The position numbers were made by a program, and so were the translations under genes. Shown here in pieces: positions 38,177 through 53,016 of a DNA stretch of 64,000 nt; position 1 is the stretch's first letter, and each line of letters opens with the position of its first letter. The notes under the pieces are model-generated. The model worked only from the letters and a program-made list of their open reading frames with translations, did no database searches and was not told where the DNA came from. This stretch comes from Octopus sinensis (Eukaryota): contig NC_043004.1 of NCBI RefSeq assembly GCF_006345805.1, positions 94,550,001-94,614,000 of the forward strand. Direction: 5' to 3'.

Positions 38177-39174
38177 GGTATTTGTTTTTCTTCATTTGCT
38201 GCTAGCACGCAATATCCAGAAAGAAGGCTCACTATGCTGTTGTGTAGATGTGTGCTGAAGCTACAACATCTGCAGAGATTCCTGGATGTTGGGTAGATAT
38301 GGTCTCCTTTTGTCACTCAAGTTCTTCCACAGCTTGTCTCTTTGACAAAGCTGCAATTACAGGTCAAGCAGTGACCAAAACTGGACACTTGGGATTTGAG
38401 ATTTTATAGGTCACTCATAGCCATTTACCATATGGGTAACATGGTTTATAAAACAATCTAAGTTGGCTTTCTTTGAATGAATAATGATGGGGAAGAGTAA
38501 TGACATTCTTGGGGAAATTCTCAGCATTGATGATAATCAAATGGTTGGTCTATTTTAGAAAATATTTCGCTCAGAGACTATGTTTAATTACTGGAAGTAC
38601 AACTGGGAACCATAACTGGTTAGAGACAAATCCTACAGGTATGGAAGTGTTGACTGCTAGGCCTGTCCACAATGTGCATAGAGAGAGAGAGAGAGAGAGA
38701 GAATTTTTCTACATGCGCTAATTCTATGTCTAAGCATTATTAACCTATGGAGTTTTGTAGAACAGCTATTTTGATGTGTATGACAACCATTGTTGATAGC
38801 TGGATCTATCTAGCTATCAACAACACCTGAATCCATCATGACGGTTTCTCTGCCACCTTCCTGTAACTAAGAAGGGTAGGCAATTTTCTTCTGATGATTT
38901 TGACAAAAGAAGTATTATGGTGGACATGATTCAAAAGACGGAGGATGAATGTTTTCTTCTTTGGCTGACTCGTCATTGACTCTTTCAAGGTCTGCTCAAA
39001 GAGGAATGTGATGGTTGAGCGGAACGTGTAGCCTTCCATTTAATTTGTTGAAAGGTGGATGAGAGGGATGAGCATAACCCAAATAAAAGGGCCAACACTC
39101 ATTATGTACCTGTAGATTGCAGAATAGAGCTGGGAGAAGGTACTTACTCTTGATAGTTAGGTAACCCTAGATGT

Positions 39175-39612
39175 CGTGGAGGCATGTGGTTTAGTGGTCA
39201 GCGTGTTGGACCATGATCATAATATTGTGGTTTTGATTCCTGGACAGGGCAATGCATTGTGTTCTTGAGCAAAACACTTCATTTCATGTTGCTCCAGTCC
39301 ACTCAGCTGGCAAAAATAAGTAGTCCTTGACAGATCGGTGTCCTGCCCAAGTGAGGAATTTATACACAATGAGACTGGGAAACCAGCCTTTATGAGTCAG
39401 TATGACTCCAGAAGATAACTTTACTCCTACAGCATGACAATACTCTGGTCCACACTGCCAATGTGTCCAAGGGAGTGAAAGTGCTGGCTCACCCAGCTTA
39501 TAGTCCAAATTATATTTTATAATCATGCATTGATTGTATTTTATACTGATGGTTAGTTAGTTCATGCATCAATTATATTTTACGCTGATAGTCGTGCATT
39601 GATTATATTTCA
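39175..39612 (+). mobile_element. Composite insert: CORE-type SINE + mariner fragment + ATGCAT satellite, between 13-bp direct repeats
   Basis: TAACCCTAGATGT at 39162-39174 and 39613-39625. SINE to ~39420; ~39423-39500 resembles mariner ~36854-36930; ~39505-39612 resembles the 40880+ satellite. Confidence 0.65.
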
Positions 39613-40168
39613 TAACCCTAGATGTAGATCTGTGGGATTCCTAAGTTCACTGTATGGGGTGATCTTTCTATCTGAATGCTCAATTACATACTTATATATC
39701 ATGTATACTGTCATTTGTTTTGCCTTTTTCAATCATCCAATTTATTTGTGAATCCTTACAATTCTTGTAAACTACTTTGGTAATGTTTTCCCAATCGTTG
39801 CCCTTGTGGCAGTTATAAAGAAAGAATTATTTGCCTGGGCTTGCTACGATAACAAAATTCTTCATCTTCTTCCCTCTTTTTGCAGTTTGCTTCTTTTAGA
39901 TTTCAACTTTTCTAAAACAATTATTGAAAGGCAGTGATAAAATAATAAAAATACCTTATCCATGTTAATGCACCTGTAATTAAATAAAGATAATTAGAAA
40001 ATAAGAATGATGAAATTTCATTAAGGAACTAAGTTGTTTGAGAAGGGAGCTGTCAGTAGTGGTGAACTGGTAAAATTACTAGGATGCATTAAATTCTTTA
40101 TGGAGAGCAGCCATGCTGAATAAGGTGATGAAAGAAAGAGAAACATTGCATGCTGCTGTTGTTGCTGT

Positions 40169-40215
<47 letters not shown>

Positions 40216-40339
40216 ACAGCGGGGGGTGTTTAATGATGCTATAATGGTGATAGAGACAGTGGGGGGTGGTAGTTTTGATAATGCAATGATGATGATGATG
40301 ATGATGATGTTTTGGATTAGCTGTAAAGAAAAGGTGATG

Positions 40340-40454
<115 letters not shown>

Positions 40455-40879
40455 CAACAACAACAATGATGATAATAATAATAGTAATAATAAAAATGAC
40501 AGCAACTACAACAACAGTAATAATATCTGCAATGATAATTTATTTTGGAAGCATGAAGCCATAGTTCTCTAATGGAAAAGGGAATTGGAAGTCTATGACA
40601 CTGATGCCATTCCTAAATACATGAGCACAACTCAAGCAATGCCTTTCTAAATCTGTAACAAAGGCAAAAATTAGATAGAAATCTTGTAGAAAACAATATT
40701 GTTGTTCCAGAAAATAGAAACAAAACTGAAGCCATTAAATATTTTGTAAATGCAACATTAAATAACCCACTAATCAGAAGCAAACAAATGTACTCAAAAT
40801 GTCTGCAATACACTGATAGAAAATTTATACAAACAGGTGGGTATTAATTACATTTCCATGCTAACGGTCAGGTAGTTAT

Positions 40880-42545
40880 GAAATCTTATATCAATTGTCA
40901 TGTATTGGCTATATTTTAAACTATTGGTTGTGCATCAATTATATTTTATAATCATGCATTGATTATATTTTATACTGATGGTCATGCATCAATTATATTT
41001 TAAACTATTGGTCAAGCATTAATTATATTTTATAATCATGCATTGATTATATTTTATACTGATGGTCATGCATCAATTATATTTTAAACTATTGGTCATG
41101 CATCAATTATATTTTATAATCATGCATTCATTATATTTTATACTGATGGTCATGCATCAATTATATTTTAAACTATTGGTCATGCATCAATTATATTTTA
41201 TAATCATGCATTGATTATATTTTATACTGATGGTCATGCATCAATTATATATTAAACTATTGGTCGTGCATCAATTATATTTTATAATCATGCATTGATT
41301 ATATTTTATACTGATGGTCATGCATGAATTATATTTTAAACTATTGGTCATGCATCAATTATATTTTATAATCATGCATTGATTATATTTTTTACTGATG
41401 GTCATGCATCAATTATATTTTAAACTATTGGTCAAGCATTAATTATATTTTATAATCATGCATTGATTGTATTTTATACTGATGGTCATGCATCAATTAT
41501 ATTTTATACTGATGGTCATGCATGAATTATATTTTAAACTATTGGTCATGCATCAATTATATTTTAAACTATTAGTCATGCATCAATTATATTTTATAAT
41601 CATGCATTGATTATATTTTCCACTGATGGTCATGCATCAATTAGATTTTATAATCATGCATTGATTATATTTTATACTGATGGTCATGCATGAATTATAT
41701 TTTAAACTATTGGTCATGCATCAATTATATTTTAAACTATTGGTCATGCATCAATTATATTTTAAACTATTGGTCATGCATCAATTATATTTTATAATCA
41801 TGCATTGATTATATTTTATACTGATGGTCATGCAACAATTAGATTTTATAATCATGCATTGATTATATTTTATACTGATGGTCATGCATGAATTATATTT
41901 TAAACTATTGGTCCTGCATCAATTATATTTTATAATCATGCATTGATTATATTTTATACTGATGGTCATGCATCAATTATATTCTATAATCATGCATTGA
42001 TTATATTTTATACTGATAGTCATGCATCAATTATATTTTAAACTATTGGTCATGCATCAATTATATTTTATAATCATGCATTGATTATATTTTATACTGA
42101 TGGTCATGCATCAATTATATTTTACATTGATGGTCATGCATCGATTATATTTCGTAATCATGCATTGATTATATTTTATACTAATGGTCATGCATCAATT
42201 GTATTTTATAATCATGCATTCATTATATTTCAGACTAATGGTCATGCATCAATTATATTTTATATTCATGCATTGATTATATTTTATACTGATGGTAAAG
42301 CATCAATTAAATTTTACATTGATGGTCATGCATCGATTATATTTTATACTGATGGTCATGCATTAATCAAATTTTACACTGATGGTTGAGGATTGATTAT
42401 ATTTTATATTGACAGTCATGCATCAATTACATTTTACCTTGACAGTCATATATTTTGATATCTTATACTGATGGTCATGCATCCATTAAATTTTACACTG
42501 ATAATCATGTAGTCATTAAATTTTTCACTGATAGTTGTGCATCAT
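40880..42545. repeat. AT-rich satellite with 24/30/30-bp subunits (84-bp higher-order unit)
   Basis: A=CATGCATCAATTATATTTTATAAT, B=CATGCATTGATTATATTTTATACTGATGGT, C=CATGCATCAATTATATTTTAAACTATTGGT. B recurs at 40953 and 41037. Confidence 0.95.
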
Positions 42546-42779
42546 CATTATCATAATCATAATCATCATCATTTAACGTTTATGTTCTATGTTGGCATGA
42601 ATTTGATGTCTTGACAGGATCTAATGTGACCAAGAACATTGTCTGTTTTGGCGTCAATTAAATTTTATACAAATGATCATGCATAAATTAAATTTAACAC
42701 TAATAGTCATACAAAATATTAAATTTTACACTAATTGTTATAAATTAATATTACTATCAATCTATTTCATTCAGGGTAG

Positions 42780-43200
42780 GCACTGCCTATCTTGCCTACT
42801 CAGGTGGCACGTCCCTGATAAGAACTTAGTGAGCTGGATTTGTGATGTGTGTGGTCGTTTACTACTCTCTAAATCTGGGTACATCACTTATTTAAAATCA
42901 CATAAAAAGCCAACTGTATGCCACTCTATCCCTCCAATGCTTGGTGAGACAACATGTGCAGCGTGCAAAAAGATCTGAAAATCAATACCTGGTCTTAAAA
43001 AGGCATATGAGGGTACATAAGGATGACATCCCACAAGTTGACCCAATAAATCCAATAGAGGGCACATCTTTTGTCTGTCATGTTTGCTACAGATTGTGCA
43101 AATCTAATGCTGGACTTAAAAGTCACCTAAGGGGTCATGGATGGATGTTTGGAGCTGATGATGGTTGATGGGGGTACACAGAGAGACGGCAATCATCTGC
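42780..43200 (+). mobile_element. RTE-type LINE 3' end encoding C2H2-like fingers (decayed)
   Basis: CDVCGRLLLSKSGYITYLKSH, CAACKKI*KSIPGLKRHMRVH, CHVCYRLCKSNAGLKSHLRGH. This matches the RTE C-terminal C..C.R.C.S..GL.SH.R.H pattern, with a stop and a frameshift. Confidence 0.65.
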
Positions 43201-43570
43201 AAAGATTAAGCAGTCACCATGTACGCATGAAGGTATGTATATGAGCATGTATCTATGGATGTTTGTGCGAGTATATATGAAAGTATATATGCAGGCATGT
43301 ATGTATGCATGGATATATAATGTGTTTATGCTTGCATGCATGGCTCTATACATGCGTAACCACATGAATGTATGTATATTTATATGCATGTACATATATA
43401 GATATATATGTACATATATGAATATATACGTACATAGATACACATTTTTGGTTTAATAAACGAGAGAAAGAGCACTTAATGCAAGTATGATATATTTTGC
43501 TCTTATGAAACTGGTGATTCACTCCATGCAAACACACACCTATCCATGCATATGTATATATTATATATAT

Positions 43571-43619
<49 letters not shown>

Positions 43620-44049
43620 TGTATTGTATGTATGTATATATATATATGTATATTATATATATGTATATATATATATATATCATCATCATCATTTAACGTC
43701 CACTTCCATGCTAGCATGGGTATATATATATATAATATATATATATATGTTTTGTGTGTGTGTGTATGTGTGCGTGTGTGTGTACATGTATCTTGAAAAC
43801 ACATAATCATTATATATATATATATATACACACACACACAAATATGTATGTATGTGTATGTGTATATATACATGCACATCTGAATAATGTGTTATATATT
43901 TGCATATTGGACATTAGACTGTAGCTACTTATATCAAAGAATTATCAGCATTGAATCAATGTTTTACAAGTGGTTGAGAATGCACAGACACAAACAAATG
44001 TTACTTAGTGAGGTGCCTATCAGACTGGCTGTAAAAGTGTGTCTGTACA

Positions 44050-44715
44050 CACACACACACACACATACACACACAAACACATACATACATACATATACAC
44101 ATATGTATATGAATATGTACACACACACATGCATACATATACACATATGTATATGAATATTTACACACACACAAACACACACATATATACATATGGGTGA
44201 ATATATATACATGTATGTATAATATATTTAGGGATATGTGATATGCACATATATAAACATTTGGCATACATTGTGCATATATCTGAGTGTATAGACACAT
44301 CAGTCACATGCTGACAAAGAAAGCACTATTTGTTAAATAATATGGATATGTATCCATAATTATACAGCAACAATAACAACACACATACACACACAAACAC
44401 ATACATACATACATATACACATATGTATATGAATATGTACACACACACATGCATACATATACACATATGTATATGAATATTTACACACACACAACACACA
44501 CATATATACATATGGGTGGGTGAATATATATACATGTATGTATAATATATTTAGGGATATGTGATATGCACATATATAAACATTTGGCATACATTGTGCA
44601 TATATCTGAGTGTATAGACACATCAGTCACATGCTGACAAAGAAAGCACTATTTGTTAAATAATATTGGATATGTATCCATAATTATACAGCAACAATAA
44701 CAACACACATACACA
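44050..44715. repeat. Tandem duplication of a ~320-bp block
   Basis: GAATATATATACATGTATGTATAATATATTTAGGGATATG..CAGCAACAATAACAAC occurs at ~44200-44380 and ~44522-44704. Confidence 0.85.
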
Positions 44716-44877
44716 CACACACACACACACATACCTATATATACATATATATACATATATATATATATACATATGCATGTGTGTATATGTATTTATGTAA
44801 GCACACATATAAATACAAACACCAATATCGATATACATATATAGGTACACATACACACACTGAAACACACACACACA

Positions 44878-44953
<76 letters not shown>

Positions 44954-45108
44954 TGTTTTTTTCTGGAAGATAATTGTCATCATAGCATGCATTTGTTTGG
45001 CCATCACTGTTTCACAACAGTAAAAATTGTGTTTGGTATTTTTCTTGATTCTTTTTGTTTTTGATAAGTTAATCATTTTGCATTTTCTTAAAGCAAGTAA
45101 TTTTATAG

Positions 45109-45223
45109 GTAGGAACCTTACTGTTATTTAATGAAATTACTCAGTTATTATTTTTTATCTCGTGTACTGAGAGTGCTGCTGTCATCCATCCATCTCTGAA
45201 AGCAGGAGATGAAGTCTCATTAG
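45109..45223 (+). CDS. Weak candidate exon (115 bp)
   Basis: aattttatag acceptor, TAG|gtaaat donor, open frame VGTLLLFNEITQLLFFISCTESAAVIHPSLKAGDEVSL. Confidence 0.25.
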
Positions 45224-45287
45224 GTAAATGAAGCAGCTTGGTTTTGTCCTCTTCTGCAACAATGCCAGAGTTGCCTGGGGTCATTTA

Positions 45288-45342
<55 letters not shown>

Positions 45343-45429
45343 GTGCATGGTTGTGTGTTTGTGTATGTGTGTGTGTGTGTGTGAGAGAGAGAGAGTGTGT
45401 GTGTGTATGTTTGTGTCTTGATATCATGT

Positions 45430-45628
45430 GATTGTTGTAAATGAATGCCATTCATTTCCAGTATTCTGTGAATGCTTGTCTGGCCATGGGGAAATATTAC
45501 CTTGCTCATAAACATGTAAGGGTTGGTGGCAGGAAGGGCATCTGGCCATACAAAACCTGTCTCAATAAACTCTGACCCATCCAAGCATGGGAAAACGGAC
45601 GTTAAAATGATGATGATGATGATGATGA
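45430..45628 (+). mobile_element. RTE-type LINE 3' end (divergent subfamily) with (GAT)n tail
   Basis: GGTTGGTGGCAGGAAGGGCATCTGGCC..CCAAGCATGGGAAAACGGACGTTAAAATGATGATG. Confidence 0.75.
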
Positions 45629-47696
45629 CTTCCCTGAAGTATTTCCCTCAGCTACATCATTGATAAATTGTAAGGGCACATGGCTAGGGATTGTACTCAT
45701 GATTGCAAGATCATGGATTTGTACCCACGACTGGGCAGTGTGTTGTGTTCTTGAGCAAAACACTTCATCTCATGTAATCACTTTGAAATCTGATGTGTGG
45801 CATACCATGCACCTAGACAGGCAATGTTGATTTGATGGATGGAATGAGCTAATATGCAGCATGAACATTTAATCACTGTAAAAATATTATCTATGCAGAT
45901 TGTTCAGTCAGAAATCACAGAACAGTGTTTTTTGGATGGAGAGACTGCAATTACTACTAATATTGTGGATAATTATAATCAACATAATTATCGTCCCTCT
46001 ATTTCTATTTATAAATTCCCTTTATTCTTAAATGTAAATTTCTGTAGAACATGCTTCCCTGAAGAGGTCAAATAAGACTGAAACAAGTCCATTGATTCCA
46101 CCAGTTGGTTTTAAAGCCCAGACCCACACTAATCTGTATTGCCTGTTTTATATACACTAACCTTGAAGCCACCCTTCAGGAAGCATTCAGGCTGCTTCAT
46201 GGCCCTCTACCCTTGTGTGACGTAAAGGACTCGGACACATTCATTGTATATGTATCTCTGGTATTAATTATCCGATAACCCATTCCAAACTCCCTGCCTG
46301 ACATATAACCACACACCCATACCCATACACTCAATACTTATGCTTCACTTGCACCCATACCTAAACTCTATGTCCCATCAACTTGTTGTTCATTCGACAC
46401 GTAATATGAATTCCATCTCTGTAACAGTGTGTTGGCGTACCAACCCTTAGACTGCTTTCTGCTGGCTTTGCTGATAGACATACAGCTAGTTTCTAGTTTG
46501 ACTTATAGTTTCCTATAAGACTTACAGCTAAGTTTCTAGCTTTGAAGTCGCCCTTAAGTCAACATTCAAGCTAGCTCCTGAGGAGAGCTTTTGGGAGTTT
46601 TGTAGGGTATTCAGGTTGAAAAGAAACTGTAGAATTCTGGGGCTGAAGTCCCAAGTACCAATATGTAACCAGAACAGGAAGATTAGTTTTCCACCTAGAC
46701 ATAAGTTTCATAAACTATGAAATATAAATATCCACGCTACCACACTTGAAATGTACCCGTTACAACTCTTTATCTTGATTTGAATGTACATGAAGGTATT
46801 TAAAATGTCCAAACTTATTTCTGCAAATGTGTTAAGCTCTGGTGCTGATCAGAGTTTAATCAATAGGTGTAGGAACAAGGTAAATGCCGTAAAAATAGTG
46901 GGGGACAATGAGGTCCCATTTAAGCAGCTTGTCAGAAATTGAACCTCCTTAGGATACTCTCTGGGAGTTCATGGTATGAAATTCATTGCCATTGCCCCAA
47001 TTTGGTCACTAATGCCATGTATTTAGTTTAAAATATTGTAAAAATAGTGGGGTCAGTGAGGCCCCAATTAGGCAGTCCTTAAAAAAATAGATCCCCTTAA
47101 GACATTCCCTGGGATTAGGGGAGTTGCTAGTTTGAGTTCCGTAGTCCTTGTGACAACGGTCTAGGAGGAGTTAACGAACATATAAATGTAACGGACAGAG
47201 AAACATCATTCAAATTTATATCAAGATAAGTTTCAACCAATTGATCTGATTGGAGATTTTCCTTTATCATTTGAGTTTAGATTTTAAACACCCTAAGGGG
47301 AGTTTTTGTTTACTATTTGCATGGATAATCTCAGTTGGTCAAAGTTTTTTGACTCATTATGTCACGTATATAAGACCTTACTATATCTGTTGATTCTATT
47401 CATTGCAATTTTATCTCTCTTACGCACCACCTTCAAGACACCACCACTGGCAGTAGCAGCAGCAGAAGCAGAAGCAGCAACAAAAAAAAAAACAAAGACA
47501 AAAACAAAACCATTAACAAAAGAGCAAAACGTAAAATAAATTGGTTTCAGTGTGCTCCAAGCAGAGCTAAAGCATTTATATTTGTATTTAAAATGGTTAA
47601 AAACCATTATAAGAGAATTTCTAGCCATGAGACAACCCTAAATATCTTTAAATAATGACTTACCAACCATTTTTATTTCCTTCAAGTGTGTGTACA

Positions 47697-47744
<48 letters not shown>

Positions 47745-47903
47745 TCATACAAACATGAGTATGTATGACAAAAAGATGTTTTCATTCATATATATATATA
47801 TATAATATATATATAATATATATGTATGTATGTATATATATATATATATAGATATATAGATATATTTATATATATATATATTATATATATGCATTATATA
47901 TAT

Positions 47904-47955
<52 letters not shown>

Positions 47956-48181
47956 GGTAGGTAGGTAAGTAAGTAGGTAGGTATTACTATTCTAAAAGTC
48001 TCAGGAATGTCCATAAAAATCAATATAAGTAGCTAATAAAGGATTATCAAAATCTTGATAAATAACAAAATAGGCAAGAAGAGGTGGGGGTAATCTTATT
48101 TATGTAAACATCATGTTGCATTCATCCCCACCAGCGTCACCTTAGTTGGCAGAGGTAAATAAACATCTTATAGACGGATGG

Positions 48182-48233
<52 letters not shown>

Positions 48234-48359
48234 ATGTGAAAATGTGTGTGTCAGTGTGTGTATGTGTACCTATATATGTATATCGATATTGGTGTGTGTA
48301 TTTATATGTGTGCTTACATAAATACATATACACACATGCATATGTATATATATATATGT

Positions 48360-48393
<34 letters not shown>

Positions 48394-48477
48394 ATATGTT
48401 ATATATATATATATATATATATAGATATATATACATATATATATGTTTGTATATATATATATATTACATATACAAAC

Positions 48478-48551
<74 letters not shown>

Positions 48552-48625
48552 CATATATATATATACATATACACATATATATATATATGTTTTTGTATAT
48601 ATATATTATATATATACATATACAC

Positions 48626-48658
<33 letters not shown>

Positions 48659-49555
48659 CATTCATATATGTATATATTTAACGATGATGATGATGATGAT
48701 GTGTGTATGTATATAAGTATGTATGTGTGTATGATGTATGTTTGTGTGTGTGTGTGTCTTGCACTGCGTATCTGTGTTTTAAAGTACAAGACAGACTATG
48801 AAAGTAAGAAAAGTATCCTATACATAAGTAATAACACATAAGTTGCTAGTTTTGGAAATAAGAATTGTATTCTTCTGTATCTATGTGCCTGCTTTCATTG
48901 TACACGTTTGCATGGTGTGTTGATGTTTGCAGTTGCATGTATGTGTGTGTGTAAATGTAGGCATGTGTGTGGGTATGTATGTTTATGTGTGTGTCTGTGT
49001 GTCTGTGTGTATGTGTTTGTGTGGCTGTGTATGCATGTGTCTGTGTCTGCGTGTATGTGTGTGTGTGTCTGTGTGTATGTGCATATGTGTGTGTGTCTGT
49101 GTATATGCGAGTGTATGTGTGTTTGTGTGTATGTATGTGTGTGTCTGTGTGTCCTGTGTGTCTGTGCATGCGTCTGTGTGCATGTGTGTATGTGTGTGTG
49201 CATGTGTGTGTATGTGTGTATGTCTGTGCATGTGTATGTGTATGTGTGTATGTATGTGTATGTATGTGCATGTGTGTGTGTGTGTATGTGTACACTATCC
49301 TGTCTTCTAAAAGTGTTTTTGCTTTTGTTCCAGAATACTTTGTTGCTCCATCTCTCTCTTTCTCTCTCTTCCAATATATTACGTATTGACATGAATGTGT
49401 GTGTGTGTGAGTGCATATTTATATGTGTATGCGTGAGTGTGTACATATGTATACACACACTCACTCACATATATATATATATATATACATATATTCATAT
49501 ATATATACATATATATATATATGTATAAATAAGTATATCTATATATATGTATATA

Positions 49556-49589
<34 letters not shown>

Positions 49590-50166
49590 ACACACACATA
49601 TAAATAATATACTCATACATGCATAGATACAGATATACAGACGTACATACAGATAAATCATTTATTATATTATAAGTAGAAGAATGTTACAGCATTGCAT
49701 ACTTTTCTGAAAATCTCAAGGCTTTATGCCTTTATAAGAAACAGCTTTCATGTAATGCTATTTTGGTGATGATGATGATGATGATGACGATGTCGACGAT
49801 GATGATGATAATGGTGATGGTGGTGGTAGTGGTAGCTTGCTTAAATATCAGCTACCCACCCATGCGTTCCCTTTCCTTCTTCCCATGGAATATTCTATTG
49901 CAGGTTAGGTTCTTTGGCTCTTTTCTGATGAATTTGATTTGTTTACTATTCTTCAAAACTGTAATCTTTGAACTATATACTTTGTTTCAGTGTGTGTGTG
50001 TGTGTGTGTGTGTATGTTTGAAAGTGTGTGGTGTATATACATGTAGTATATATATCTATGTGTATACATGATGTATGTGTGACAGAAAGGACAGCTTTGG
50101 TAAATAGAAATCATTTAAAGTGACTACTTTTAATGCCACATGCTATATGTATACACCACACACACA

Positions 50167-50199
<33 letters not shown>

Positions 50200-50412
50200 G
50201 TATGTGTGCATGTATATATATGTATACATGTATATATATATAGATACACACAGACATATATATATGTATGTACTTATATATATATATATATACATATATA
50301 CATACATACATACATATATATATATATACATATATACATACATACATACATACATATATATATATACATATATACATACATATACATACATACATATAAT
50401 ATACATATATAC

Positions 50413-50485
<73 letters not shown>

Positions 50486-50705
50486 TTTGGTGTGTATTTG
50501 TTTGCCAATTGACAAATCAATATGGTTAAGAACAAATAACAAAAAAAAGCCAATAGAAAATGAAAAAAAAACAATAAAAGAAATTGTTGGCGTTATATGG
50601 ATTGCCAGTACTTTTTTGGTGTAACCTAGTTTCTGTTTTGTTTTCAAGAGTTCAAAATTTAGTGATTTTAATCAAATATCAATAGCAACACTAACTTCTC
50701 CATAT

Positions 50706-51282
50706 TTAGATGATGATGATGATGATGATAATGATGATGATATAGAGGAGGCGGATGTTGCAGATGCTGCTGGCAGTGATGATAATGATGATAATGATGG
50801 TCGTGTTAATCAGGATGATAGCGATGATAATGATGATGATGATGTTGGTGATGACAACAATGATGACACTGCTGCTGCTAGTGTTGACGATAATAATGCT
50901 GGCGATGATGATGGAGATGATGATGGTAATGACAAGGATGACGATGATGAGGATGGTGATAACAATGATGATAATGACGATGATGATGATGATGATGAGG
51001 ATGATGATAATGCTGGCAGTGATGATCATGATGATGCTGACGATGGTGATATGACGATTATGATGAGGACGATGATGATGGTGGTGGTGGTGATGACGAT
51101 GGTGATAATGTTGATGATGTTGCTTGTGTTGATGATGATGATGATGATGATGGTGGTCGTGTTGACCGGGATGATGATGATAGTGATGATACTGGTGATG
51201 ATGATGACGATGATGGCAATGTTGATGATGATGATAACGATGGTAATGACAATGATGGTGGTGATGGTAATGATAATGATGG

Positions 51283-51318
<36 letters not shown>

Positions 51319-51404
51319 CAATGATGATGATGCTGGCAATTGATCATTATGATGATGATGATGTTGACGATGAATGATGATGATAGTGATGATGATGATG
51401 ATGA
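50706..51404. repeat. Degenerate (GAT)n array
   Basis: Direct reading. Confidence 0.95.
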
Positions 51405-51879
51405 AGCCTGAATATGATAAAGTGTTCTTGGTCTAAATGATCATCACCAACATAGTGTCACTCGCTCTCTAACTTACCTCATCAGTCTTTCTCTCCCTCA
51501 CAGAATCCTTTATTCAATCTCATTCTTTCAATTTATATTTTTCATGTGAAATTAGGTTCGTAAAGTTTTATTCATGGATGAACTCAGTACAAAAAATTTT
51601 CATCTACTTAAAGATGTAGACAAAGAAGCAAAATCTTACATGACCGCATCCTTTTCTCTGGAAAATATTATTGCAATGGCATAATAATGGCGGTGTTGGT
51701 GTCTTGCACAGATATCATGTCTGTTCAGATTTTAGAGATTATTTTATTACTGGCTGTTTTTTTAGCATCTATCTATCTACCAAACTGAATCAAACAAAAC
51801 TCACCCAAAGTAAACTAAACTGAATTGACAAAGCCAAACTGAACTGAACTAAAAGACTTGAAAGCAAACTGAACCAAAC

Positions 51880-52465
51880 TAAGTCAAACCAGACCAAACC
51901 AGATGAGACTAGACTAGACTAGACCAAAACTGATCAGACTGATCAGATCAGACCAGAACAGATTAAACCAGACCATACCACACCAGACCAGACCAGACCA
52001 GACCAGACCAGACCAGATCAGAGCAGGCCAGACCAAACCAAACCATACCAGACCAGACCAGACAAGACCACATCAAACTGAACCAGACCAGACTAGTGTA
52101 GACTAGACCAAACCAAACCATACCAGACCAGACCAGACTAGACCAAACCAGGCTGGACCAGACCAGACTAGAGCAGACCAGACCAGATCAGACCAGACCA
52201 GACTAGACCAAACCAGGCTGGACCAGACCAGACCAGACCAGACCAGACCAGACCAGACCAGACCAGACCAGACCAGATCAGAGCAGGCCAGACCAAACCA
52301 AACCATACCAGACCAGACCAGACTAGACCAAACCAGGCTGGGCCAGACCAGACCAGACCAGACCAGACCAGACCAGACCAGACCAGATCAGACCAGATCA
52401 GACCAGACAAGATCGGACCAGACTAAACCAGGCCAAATCAGGCAAACTGAGCCTGACTGTACCAA
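51880..52465. repeat. (CCAGA)n pentanucleotide satellite with variant units
   Basis: ACCAG/ACTAG/ATCAG/ACCAA pentamers with internal block duplications. Confidence 0.95.
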
Positions 52466-53016
52466 ATGAAATTGAACCACCAGCCTTGTCTGCGGGCCCA
52501 CTATTATTAACACATCTGATATTTCCATTGATCTTTTTGTATTTCAAATATATTTCACCGTCAACATTTTGGCCTCTAGAATGTTTTAACTTATTATGTT
52601 AAATTGTTCATACAAATGCCGCCACTCCATCAATACACGTAACATAATGCCTATACTATCTTATGCTTCATCTTTTTTATTCTATATCTAACTGCAGTAT
52701 TTATATTTTGAGTTTTGTTGTTCATGGTTCACAGCATCTTGTTCATTCACATCTCATACTCTGATTTTGTTTTTGTATGAAGAGAGAAAGCTTTGTAAAA
52801 TATAGAATGCAAATCCTTTTTATTATAAGTATAAGGCCTAAAACTTTGGGCAGGGGGATAGTCGATTATCAACCCAAGTGGTCAACTGGTACTTATTTTA
52901 TTGACCCTGAAATAATGAAAGGCTAAGTCAACCGTTGTGCAATTTGAACTCAGAACGTAAAGGCAGATGAAATACCACTAAATATTTTGCCTGATGTGTT
53001 AACAATTTTACCAGCT

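Noticed and set aside
38900-39110. Minus-strand frame VHNECWPFYLG..HHIPL*ADLERVNDE with in-frame TGA (selenocysteine or readthrough?)
   Set aside because: No recognisable family, no SECIS seen, and equally plausible frames exist on both strands.
42081-42389. Repeat-peptide ORF (IIFYTDGHAS)n
   Set aside because: By-product of 24/30-bp satellite units. Subunit C carries an in-frame TAA across most of the array.
42780-43200. C2H2 zinc-finger gene of the octopus ZNF expansion
   Set aside because: No TGEKP linkers, an internal stop and frameshift, and the finger pattern matches the C-terminus of RTE-type LINE ORFs.
51556-51684. Plus-strand frame VRKVLFMDEL.. with a Walker-B-like motif
   Set aside because: Only 42 codons to a stop, no Walker A partner and no phase-compatible neighbouring exon found.
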